In this document: one piece after another, positions 1-11,600 of the stretch
Layout of the letters: the number at the start of each line of letters is the position of its first letter
Numbering within the stretch: the stretch's first letter is position 1
Source of the DNA: Balanoglossus misakiensis
Taxonomy: Eukaryota; Animalia; Hemichordata
Length of the DNA: 64,000 nucleotides
Reading direction: 5' to 3'
Assembly: GCA_040954595.2 (NCBI GenBank)
Contig: CM082596.2
Coordinates: 9,816,461-9,880,460, forward strand
Program-made: the position numbers and the translations under genes
The notes under the pieces: model-generated
The model's input: the letters and a program-made list of their open reading frames with translations, nothing else
Databases searched by the model: none
What the model was told of the DNA's origin: nothing

Positions 1-229
1 GGTTGACAGGGGGTGTGCTTGTGTCAACCGTTAAGTGCACTCTTTGTTTGATCATGATTAGTGTCATACAAATTTAACCCTTAATAATAATAATAATAAT
101 AATACTTTATTTCAGACTTTAAAAAAAAGTCCATATACCCAAAAGAGAGAAGAAAAAAAAACACTAATGAAAATACTCTGGAAAATCTGAAACTGAGACA
201 CACACACACAAAAAAAAAACTCTGCAAAA

Positions 230-3060
230 TTACATGATATACAATTGCTTTCGCCAATGTTTGAAAAATATGCTGTCAGTTGCTCTATCTGATGAACAGA
301 TCGCATCAAGTAAAACATTAGAAGAATTTTCGAGTCTACACTTAAAACTGTACATATTGCGTCTAAAAACTTCACCAAGTGACAATACATGGTTTGTAGC
401 AAACATACCCGATGCACTGCAAAATGGCGGAAGACCGAGAAGTCTTCTCCAAACATTATTGTACATAGTTTTAAATTTTTTCATCGGTTTAACTTTAAAG
501 GATGCCCACAAACTGCAACAGTAAATATTACTACAATATGCCAAAAATACAACTTTCTTCACATCTTGACTACAATGTTGAAAATGTCTCAATAGCATGT
601 TTGCTCTAACGCAAAATGCTCTTCTCTGTCGTTCAATATCTTCATTATCACAACCATCACAAGATATTACATGGCCCAGATAGGTGTGTTCAGGAACAAA
701 CTTCAAAGTGATGTCATTAAGTTTAACCGAAGGAATTCTTTGAACGCTCATATTCTTCCCATTAAAAAGCATGCACACAGTTTTACTAGAATTATAAATG
801 ATATCATAATCCTTGCCATAAATTTCACAAATTCTAAGAAGACGGCGTAGACCCTTAACACTTGGACTGAGTAGAGTCATGTCGTCAGCGTAACCTGAAG
901 TGTTAGCGCTGACACCACACATGGTACAGCCAACTTTGGCTTTACAGAGTGCATTGATAAGATCATCAATGTAGACATTAAAAAGATAGGGAGAGAGTAC
1001 TCCCCCTTATCTTACACCGTTAGAAACAGAAAACAACTCTGAGGTTTCATTACCCCACAACACAGTAAACAATTGATTTCTGTACCAGTAATATAAAATT
1101 CGAACAGCATACAAGGGAACATTCCTGTCGATGAGCTTGTTAACCAGTTTAAAGTGATTAACTCTGTCAAAAGCTTTTGAAGCATCCAGAAAACAAGTAA
1201 ACACTGGTCCTCCATTGCTGGTGTAGTAGCTAATGATTTCTTTAAATGCAAATAAACACAGGTCAGTTGAATGTTCTCGCTTGAAACCAAATTGTAAATA
1301 ATGAGAGGTAAGAAACTCCTCACAACGAGAAAGTAAAATATGCTCAAAAACTTAAGAGAAAACAGTTGCTAGTGCTATCGGCCGGTAGTTACTGGCATCA
1401 CTACAAAGCTTAGTTTTATCCTTAATAATTGGAACTAAAATAACTTTGATAGCCTCAGTTGGCAGGTAACCATGAACAATCATAGCATTAATACAACAAG
1501 TCAAAATGGGTAAAATAGAGGAGTCTGAGAATTTGAGGTGCTCAGCTGAAATATTGTCAATGCCAGCTGTCTTGTCGTCAGGTAACTTATGTATAGCAGA
1601 AATTACTTCGTCTTCAGAAACATACATATCAGAAGAAAAGTTAACATACTTCATTTTCTCCTCGATGTCATTTTTACCAGTCTGAGCCTGGACAGAATTC
1701 AAAATATCACTGAAATGCTTGTGCCACATAATTGCAATTTCACTCTCACCAGTCGCTCCACCTACAGTGTCAGAAAGTGGCGTTTTTCTGCTAGTTTGCT
1801 TTCTGACTTCCTTCCAGAAGTCGTTCTGTTTGTGGCAGCATAAATTGTCAGCCATCTTGTCAGCCCTATTTTGATTCTCAATCTTTTTACAAGCACGTAA
1901 AGCATACTTAAAACGAGCTCTGAAAGATTTCTTGGTTTCAAAAAGCGGGCCTTGTTTAGGTTTACCCCCATTAACCCATAATAAAAACATGGAACGGGCA
2001 TAGTCGTGACTTTCTTTTACAAAATCGTTCCAGCCAGGTACAACATGAACTTTCTGGTGAAACTTACGCCTAATGGTATATTTTGCAGCACAATTCAATG
2101 CGTCCACAATACTACTATAACAAGTATCAATTGCCTGTAAATGCGAAGGGTCTGTACAGTTCACATTAGTGCAGAATAACTGTTCGGATAAATTAATCTT
2201 ATCAATCTTGGCTTTGGTACAAGGGTGTAGGCGGATATATTCTGCTGTGACAATTTTTTCCAATCAACTCGAAAATTACATTGCTTGAAGGAACTACTGC
2301 TGAATCTTTCATCAGCAGAAGTGTTGAAATGAACCTCTATTGAAACAGGAATATGGTCGGAATCAACAACATTGCAAAGGCGCGAAATTGAAAGAATATT
2401 GCTATGAGAAACTTCAGTGGTAACACAGTGGTCAATCCATGAAGTACTGCCATGAGCATCGCTAATGTAAGTAAACGTACCAGAATCCCTGCCTAGCAGC
2501 TCAACATCAGAAACGATGTAACCAAATTGCTCACAATGCTCCATCAACTCACGGCCAAAGCCTGTATCAGTAGTTACATCAGCATTCCAGTCACCAATAA
2601 AAAAGACATTCCCAGTGTTAATATCAGAAACAATGGAATTGATTTTCGCCAAGTACTCACTGAACACTTCAAAATTATCATTAGTATTGGTGGGCAAATA
2701 ACAGTTTACAATAACAAGTTTGTCAGTATCATTTTCTAAAACTAAACCAAGCAAGCGACTATCAGCAAACTCAACAATACTGGCAAGTTTGCCAAGCGAT
2801 CTACGCCAAAGAATTGCAACCCCCCCCCCCCCGTACGGTCTACCAATACGGAGTTCAGACGAATCAAAAGCAGATACTCCGAATGACATAAAATCCAGAT
2901 GTATGTCATGTAAAATTGACAGCTCTTCCTTAGCAAGCCAGTCTTCTTGTAAAAGACAAATATCATGGGTTTCACACAATTCATACACAGAATGAAAGCT
3001 TGATTTCACAGAGCGACAGTTAAATGACACAATCCGTAAACTATTTTTGCGTTTTGTCAT
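230..3060 (-). pseudogene. LINE ORF2 (APE endonuclease + reverse transcriptase), disrupted
   Basis: SFNCRS, LQEDW, GDWNA, WIDH, SDH (APE); NYRPIAL, FLDASKAFDRV, GVR*GGVLSP, YADD (RT). One frameshift near 2240 and in-frame stops at 1352 and 1007. Confidence 0.92.
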
Positions 3061-3347
3061 GGCGTCTGAGATTTATAGTATTTTCTTACAAGAGTATCCT
3101 GAGGCGTATTTACAGGATCAAGGGCAACTCTAATGTCTACATCAGATAATTCAACCATAAAAGAAGCATACATATCATACTTTGTTTTCAGTTTTGTACA
3201 GTTCACACCTACATCAAATTTGTCCGCAGCATAGCGCTCAACATTTTCACATGTTGTTGCTGGATTCAGCCGGGACACAAAAAGTGTACATACACGCCGC
3301 GGTCTTGCGCCTTGAAGGCCAGCTGTACTCAGCGCAGTTCCAATCAC
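3057..3347 (-). CDS. C-terminal fragment of LINE ORF1 (RRM-like)
   Basis: LFVSRLNP...KLKTKYDMYASF...LVRKYY resembles ORF1 ends of L2-group LINEs. Its TGA overlaps the ORF2 ATG (ATGA). Confidence 0.7.
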   Translation of the reverse strand: MIGTALSTAGLQGARPRRVCTLFVSRLNPATTCENVERYAADKFDVGVNCTKLKTKYDMYASFMVELSDVDIRVALDPVNTPQDTLVRKYYKSQTP

Positions 3348-3751
3348 AGGCTGGGTTCTCTTAAGAGGGATCTGGGGGTGAAAGGCTTGACAGAGCCTTT
3401 TGCTGAGGATCTAGACAGGGATTCAAGACTGAGAAAAAAAAACAGAAAAGGCCCTCTGCTATAAACATGTTTTTGTGGTCCATGTGTGTCACTAGTGTGG
3501 GTATAGCCCTGACATTGTTCCTAAATCACCAGTGGCAATATTGTGGCGTTGATGAGTTTTTTTTCGATCACTATAGCCGAAATGGTTTGGCCAGGCAAGG
3601 CTAGACTTGGCCTGGGTTTCGCGGTTTCCCTATGTATGATCAGCCATGCACACATCTACATACTGGTATGTGTGTCACTAAGATATATGCACAATTTCAT
3701 TTGAATAAATGTCTCAAAACATAAGTATTTTTCCCCATTGTTTATTCACAG

Positions 3752-5006
3752 ATGTTCCAAATCGAGAGTACCCTACCAGATTCAGATGACGTCATTGTTC
3801 TTGATCCCCAATGGTTATGTTCTAGAATATTCGGTCCCATGCTGGCTCCTGAAATATTTGAGCAGTTTGCAAACCGCTTGCCGCGGAAGTCCTTACATAT
3901 GAGAAGCGAAATTGAGGAAGTTTTCCATGGTCTGGCAGATATTGATTTGCTGATAAATCTTCTCAAAGAGTTTGCCCTTCTCTACGAGGTCATTTCTGAA
4001 TCCAATACTGTAACTGGGTATGTAATACCTGGGTTGTTGGACACAGATATGCCTGCAAATCAGTGGAAACAGGATGCTACTAATTTACTATGGCAGACGG
4101 TTCCAATGCAGAGATGATGCTGATAGTTTCTCGACAGGATTTTTCCCCCGACTTCACGCCCGAATAGAATGCCATTTCCGAAAGATCAACCAACAAACAA
4201 GTGGTATATGGAAAAATGGCATCAAAGTGTGTCACAATGCAGAAGGCTTAGTGTATATGACAAAAGGTTGGAGAGCTATCCATGTTTGTGTTAGAGCAGA
4301 GAAAGAAGAGGAAATCGGCGAATGCTACAAATTATTAGAGACAATAACTGATATTGTCTATGAAGTGTTAGAGATCTGCTGTCCTGGTACAAGACTTGAC
4401 ATCCACGTGTTGAGTTCAGATTCTCTTCGAATCCATCGCAACCCTGAAGATGTCACATTCTATACATTGAAGCAAATTCGGGAAGCAGAAGAGAGGAATG
4501 AGAAGGTGTACAACGAGGAGATGGTGATTTCAGAAGCAGCTACTGACTTTCTTTGTGCTGGGTATGATACAACCATCCTCTGACACAGTGGATATGAAAG
4601 TGATGTCAAGTGGATGCTGAAGGATGCCCTCAAGATATTTTCTAATATCATGGATATCATCCGTTTATCCGGCAATGACTACAGGGCTATGGCAGACTTG
4701 ATGGGGATCCCTCGCATAGAGGTGGATTCATGGCAATACAGTGCATTGATTCAATCCCCAACACAACATGCTTTATCTGTTTGGTCCAAGGGCTGTGGAG
4801 GACAACAACGTGCAGGCCAACAGCCAACTGCAGATAAGAAATTCTGTAAGAGCAATTTTTCCAACCTGGTTAAAATTTTTGAGCAAGAAAGTTGTGATGT
4901 CTACGCTGCCAGAGAAGAAATACATGAGATGTTCCGAAAACTTGGTGTGTCAGCTGATCATCATGATGTTGAAGGTGACATGGCTAATCTACATCTTACA
5001 TCTTAA
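3752..5006 (+). pseudogene. Last exon of a DAPK1-like ROCO gene (COR-like region + death domain), disrupted
   Basis: Acceptor ttattcacag ending 3751; VLDPQWLCSRIFG, YYGRRFQC, FFPRL, IWKNG; death-domain-like DYRAMADLMGI...SPTQHALSVW. Frameshift near 4080 and in-frame TGA at 4581. Confidence 0.8.
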
Positions 5007-6404
5007 GATGATGACATCAACATCTCTGAAGCAGACCATTGTGACGTCAGTATATCAATTTCTGATTAGTATGGCAAACGATGGCAGTATTTCCATGGAA
5101 CTTGTTGCAATGTCTGAGAAATTTAACTGAGTAACGTAATGTGCGTGTGCAAGGAAAAGGTTCCGTACACACATACTGTTATAAGCCCTGCAGAGAAATC
5201 AAAGCCAATACACCAAACCACCCTCCACCATTACTGTCTTCTCAATAACCAGGCTGTACAACGAGGAGATGGTGATTGCAGAAACAGCTACCAACAGGTG
5301 ACACAACTAAAGATAAATGAATGGAATCTGTGACATAGATCTAGCATGAGATAACAGAAAGTGAATTACCCAAATACAGTACAAGACCATCCTGCAGATA
5401 CTGACCTATTTGAAGTGTATGTAATGGTTAATTACAAATTAAATCACTCTAAGGAACATGATGTCATGTCAGCTTCACAGGATGGAGACACATGCAAATA
5501 AAGTGAGTCAATTACAATTATGAGAAAGTGACAACTAAGAAATTGTCATGTTGAGTTTACAAACTGCAGCTAATGACATCAATGACCATTATAGCAAAAT
5601 AAAGTTGATTTTTTAAAAATTCTAGTGATTTTTGTGATTTGTTGCAACATTTTTTATTCAAATTATTGTTTTCACCAAAAAGCTGTACAGTAATATTTTT
5701 AATCCTGATCATCAATATCTTCAGTAGAAACATTACTTTTGTTTGTTGACAGATTTAGGAAATTCACTCTATGTTTTGCAGATGTTCATTTTGAGCCAAA
5801 AAAGCTGAAACATACATATCCTGTCAGTATACAATGTCTCTGATTTGTAAAGCCAAATTAGTTTGTAAAGAGTTAGTTTGTTTCAAATTGCACTAACAAT
5901 AATTCCAATAAGTTTAAGCAGAAATCTGAAACACTTGTTAAGAACATGTTCACAATGATTTTGTGTAATGTTCTGGACTTCAGTTTTGATGTGTACTATT
6001 TCCCAAAAGCAAATGACTAACCAAGAATATGCAATTTAAGAGAGGTTGTCATACACTTCTTGCTTTCAATTACATTGAACACACTCTCAACATCTTTTTT
6101 CTATGTACACAAGTTGTCACTTCAAGATCATTCATATTAGGATTGAGAAACTATTTTCTTAATTTTGAATTATAAACTAATACAGACATCACCATTCACA
6201 TTTTGCAGACATGCTATTTAGGTGGTCGACATATCTTTATATTTTTAGTATTAAAATGTGGGAAGAGTCACTTTGAAAACAGAAAAAAATTTGCTTTCTC
6301 AAAAATAAAAATACTTCAAATTTTCTCAATACACATTGAATGGTGGCCATCTTGATTTTAAAATTTGAATCAGTTTCGCTTTATCATTCAAAATTATGCC
6401 TGTT

Positions 6405-6607
6405 TAAAGGATATAAGAGTAAAAATCTCGCCAAAATGAATAAACGGTAGAGACCGATTATTCATTTTGACGAGTGTTTTACTCTCGTGTCTACAAGTGG
6501 GATGGAAGTTGTGGGTGGTCGAACGTTGATTCACTATATATCCACAGTCTTGTATCAAACATAATTAACAGAAAAATGGCAGCAAGAGAGAGATTTTGTC
6601 CATTTAA
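6405..6607 (-). repeat. Partial copy of the TTAA/AGGGACAAA MITE family
   Basis: Ends in ...gagagagattttgtcccatttaa. Shares internal blocks with copies at 15.8, 30.6 and 53.5 kb. Confidence 0.65.
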
Positions 6608-8496
6608 ATGTTATTCCATGTATGACCTCATCTTGGATATGAATATTATCTGTTACCAATCCTTGCAATGCAGTTTCCATAACTGCAGTTTTACAGTTCT
6701 TTTTCATGAGGACTTGAGAAATGAATTATTTACTGCTTCTTCACAGCCAGAAAGATTCTTTATAGGTTTTTAAAATCCTTGATGTGTTCAAAATAAATCT
6801 TTTACTTTTGCAATCTTTTGTGTGTATGTGTGTCCATTGTTAGCATTCCCCCCCACCCCCACCCCCCGAGTTGAACACGGGCTGCCAAATTATTGCAATA
6901 CAAGACATGAACTATTCCTACTGCTTCTCATATTTGGTTTTAATGTGCACTTTCAAAATCAGTCATATTCTCCTCAATACAACTTTAGATTATTCTTGCT
7001 TAAAACAAAGAATACAGAATTATTATTCACCGTAAAAATTTGAATGACAAAAATTGTCTCAAATTTGAAATTCAAAATGGCCGCTATAACTCCATGGTGA
7101 ACATTGTTTATTTTTTTATGAAACCAAGGTGATGAAAATCTTTTTTTTTTTCAAATCGACTTCATATACACTTTAATACAAAAACATGGAAGAGTTTGGA
7201 GGACTGATCTTTGTGAAAATAACCAACTTAATGAATTTTTTTTTCACTCAACTACTGGAAAGTAAGCTGTGCTTTGATTGGTTGCTGACTGAGACAAATG
7301 TGTAGATAACCAATCACAACACAGCTACCTTCATGATTGAGCATGTAGAAAGTGTAGTCTCCCTCAGAAATCGCCCAAAACATCGCTATTAATGCGAGCA
7401 GAGGATAGCATGTATGAACTTTGACATGAAATTGGTAGTTACCCTGGTTACGACGTTGATTTGTGACTGGTACACTTTCCACCCTTTGAAGAAAGAAAAA
7501 AAGAAACAAGTTCTTTTCTGTGCAACACTTCAGAGTCACAAGTGATTTTCATCAAGAGAAACTTCTATCAGGCAAATTTTACTTGAAATGTTTGAAGAAT
7601 TGGCACTGAGTTGATTTTATTTTGGAGTGAGTTAAGTACTCAGGGAGTCATCATTTGGTATCCCCAGGGGGGGTCTAGATGCTGTTTTCTGATGGGAGAG
7701 ACAATTCATTCCAGTGGAATGTGACACTTAGGAAATAAATAGACCATAGCACCAAAAAGAACAATTTCAGAATAAAATCCCGCATAACATATCAGCTCAC
7801 AATCAGAATGCAGATAAGTATATGAGATAAGAGAAATTCCAACAAATGTCTTCATATTTGACTTCCAGTCCAACTTGAGTGGAAATGGCATAAACTTCAA
7901 TGATTTTGTGCCCTTGAGCAAGGCACTTTTTATTCTCATTGATCTTGGGGGACTGACTTTGTATAGATGATTGTTCTAGTCATCCTATCCTAGGTAGACA
8001 ACATTTCTGTGTTTGATATGGATGAATTTAATAAATTAAAAACTGCATCGTTAGCCATTTTTGAATGCTGCTAAATAATAAATATATCCAGAATTTGATA
8101 AAACAATTCTATTTGAAATCCATTGTTTTCTTTGGCAATATATGACCATAATTTTGTCGCAAATATATAAATGGTATATATACAGTATTATATTATATCA
8201 TGCTACCGTCCGCAATTCTGATTGGACGAGAGCTCAATCCAGCGATGCTAAAATACTCATAATGCACTGCTGGCAGAGCTAAAACGGGCCCCTGCTGAAC
8301 TAGCATATGGCAGCAAAAACCACAGTCGCGCGTGTTTAAACCAAATAAATAAAACAACAATACTGTTGAATTAACGGACGTTTTATTTTGAAATTGCTCT
8401 GTGGAAATATTTTTCACTTTGCCACGCGCGATGCCCGTCTTGTCACTTTTTGTCGTCTGCTTCATGTTTAATGCTCGATCCCGGCTGGATCCCGGC

Positions 8497-8642
8497 CTTG
8501 CCGTTGTATGGGCATGCGAACGATTCCACTTGTATGTATATGGTCAGAAATTCACCATTGTGACAGACCACAAGCCGTTGGTCCACATATTCAACAATCC
8601 AATTTCGAAACCACCTGCCAGAATCGAACGTTGGGCACTGAA
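8497..8642 (+). mobile_element. Isolated Gypsy RT/RNase H fragment
   Basis: LAVVWACERFHLYVYGQKFTIVTDHKPLVHIF...PPARIERWAL; no other pol sequence adjacent. Confidence 0.85.
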
Positions 8643-11600
8643 GCCGTCGGCACAGAAATTAAAAAGAAGAAGAAGAAGAAGAAAATGAGCACGAGTTACA
8701 CGTCTATAAAATTTACAGCTTGTTGAAATTAGGAAGGTTACTTTTCAATATCAGTAGCGCGATACGAGACAAACAACCCTCTATATACCGATAAGAAGTT
8801 GTTACCATGGTGATAAAATAAACATCTGTAAGACTGAGATCTGTCAATTATTTTTTTTCATTCATGCATAAGAAATAGATCACTAATCGAAAAATTAAAA
8901 GTAAATCTTAATACTCAACAACAGGGTTCGGCCTTAATGTCAAAATTACTGTATTCTATAAATAGCTCTCAACGGTTAGATTTTTTGAAAGTAAATTATT
9001 GCTGATGGTTGGAATACTTAATTTTCAATCTCAGATTCCGTGAAAATATTACAAAATAATACAGGATAAAGTCGATGGCGTTTTAATTGTCACTAATGCA
9101 TTCTATACGTCCCCTGGAGGTAACCCAGGGAGATTCCTGTACGAAACAGGGATGGTGTCCCATTGTGAAGGTTGTCTATGGGAGGAAACTGATGGGCAGG
9201 CCTAGGGCTTTAGTTTTCCAGCTGAAAAATTAATGCGTTTCGTGTTTATTTATCTGTGATATGCCTAAAGTACCCCAAACCTTCCGTTTCTACAGTCAAC
9301 TTGTCGTCATATTTCATTTTTCTAAAATTGTGAAAAGAACACAAAACAATTTAAATTTGCTTCTCCAAGAACATTTTACTTCTGTTCTACAAAATAAAGG
9401 GGGAAAAATGTGTCATTTGTCTGTCGATGTTTATAGGGGCAATTTTCAATCCCTGGTTTTCGCATTAGTAGGTGCTCCTCCTAGTCAAACATTAGGCTAG
9501 TTGCGATGTTTAACCTACAGTACGTTAAAAACACACTCCAATCACAACAGTTTACCACCTTAGCTAATCCTATAAAGGGTGCTAGGTATTACAGATAACG
9601 ATAACGGCCGTGCCATGGTCTAGCTGCACACGAGTACAGTAGAGACTGTTTACGGTCAACTGGAAAGCAAGAGGCCGATCGCTCTAACCACTTCGACGCT
9701 CAATTCTCCCAAGCGCGCACAGGTGCAAGCTCTGGAATGCGATCGCGAAACTTCGGACAATGCTCTGTAAAGTAAGCCCTACAACGCAATCTCGCACAAA
9801 GAAGCTGTATTCACCTCACTATGATCTGAAATCAGCGTGTATTGATTCTTACTTGCATTTGTCCTGCGAGGCAGGACCGTCTTGATGACGACTTTGACCT
9901 CAAGCAATTGTGATTGGAGGCGCAGCCGGCAGCATGCAAAACAGTCATCCTGCATGCATGACCGGCTACCGTACCACGCGTCGGTCAATCCACTTGCGCA
10001 CGGCTGGGGCGGCTCGGCACAGGCCTGTCTATAATTTTCCTATCAACTTGAGAGCGGATCGCTACTCAAAATAGGCGTTGAAATGTCTGAATTCGCGATC
10101 ATCAAGTTTATAGATCGACATCGATACAAACCCAGTTCAAGCTAGACTGATCCCCGGAAATGAACGATGCGAAAATGTCCGCATTGTTTTAATTGCTGAC
10201 AATCGCGATCGTGGCGTCGGTAATTTTTGAAGGGAGCTCAGATGCTTGTCGAAAATTCCACATGAAAGGAATACAAGTCGAATTACCAAAACTATAAATG
10301 ATTGGCAGCATGTCTTGATACTTGGTGCGTCATGATTTGCAGGTAGAAAGTCCTATATATTGCTATTGCGACATGGGCCTATAGGCGCGGCTATATGCAC
10401 TCGTGAAGCTGTCGCGCCCGTGTACAGCAGCACGCACGCTCAGGCACAGTTACGTTAGCATTCAAATATCCAGATGACGGGCAACTTCAATAGCGTGGAG
10501 GCATTATACCTGATACATGGTACCTGTCTGGCGGTTTTTAAAATAAAAACATACTTGGAAAAATCTTTTACTGAATGGCGAAATATTGCTTGCCCGTCAC
10601 TTGGAAATGACAACGCCGTGGGTCACATGGCCAGATCACGTGATTGATAGCAAAACAATTCTTTGACTGACTTTCTGCGTTTCCGTACGTTTCGATATTT
10701 CATCAAATCCGGGCATCACTGAAGTCAAGAGTCTGTTTAAGGTTTTTTAAGAGACGACATTATTGTACATATTATAATGCGATACATCTTTATTTTTGGC
10801 AGTTTTCTTTGAGTGCTGATTGTTTTTGACAAAAATGAATGGTACATTAAAATAACACCAAAGTCATATCCTCGGGTGTGTAGTGTACTTCTTTATTCAC
10901 TTTTATATGTGAGTATGTGTGCCTGTGTAATGATTTGTGCATTTCTTTTTAATTTTTTATTACGAAGTGTTTTGGTGATTACGGTAGTTCTCTTTTTGAA
11001 GGATGTGGTGGCCCTGATAAGGGCCGTTTGGTATGTGTATGCACTAGAGCATACGTCTCTGGGTTTCTACAGAGAGGCACTAAAAACTTCTTCGACAAAA
11101 CGCCTCCACACATTGGTCCTCCAACGACTTGTTTTTTCCGTCAATACCCTGCGCTCAGACCTCCTCCTGTACTGCCTTCCTCGCCGACTCTTCCTGGTAT
11201 TGGTTGACACCACTTTCGCTTCTGCGTCATATTTTATTGTTTTGTCAGTGATAAGCTTGCACAGAAACATTGTAAATTATCATGGGGAAAACATGAACAC
11301 ACTCGGAAATAAAATAAAACTTACCCAGTCCAGACAGGTGAGATCACTCCTGAATTTATAGGAGTTTTTTTTAATGGGATGCGCAACATTGTTGAAGCTC
11401 TCAACATAGTGTGTGTCTTTACACTAGAATGGAAAATAAAATAAAATCTTTACAAAGAGTAGAGACTTTGGTTTTCCATAATCGTGTCTGCATATAGCTG
11501 ACAAAAACTACAGCATAATCTCGGTACAAGAAAGCCTGAGAGAAATACTGCTATGCTCTATCTGCTGCATGGTGGTGTTCAAACACTGCACATTGTAACT

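Larger units (their letters stand above)
82..3364 (-). mobile_element. 5'-truncated non-LTR retrotransposon (CR1/L2 group)
   Basis: End of ORF1 followed by APE and RT ORF2 on the minus strand. 3' end has AATAAA (tttatt 106-111) followed by a (TAT)n tail (82-104). The 5' boundary is approximate. Confidence 0.9.

Noticed and set aside
81-3364. TTAA as TSD of the LINE
   Set aside because: Only 4 bp and overlapping the (TAA)n tail, so it cannot be distinguished from chance.
10813-11361. 182-aa hydrophobic plus-strand ORF
   Set aside because: Antisense to the last transposase exons and AT-rich 3' region; no recognisable motif.
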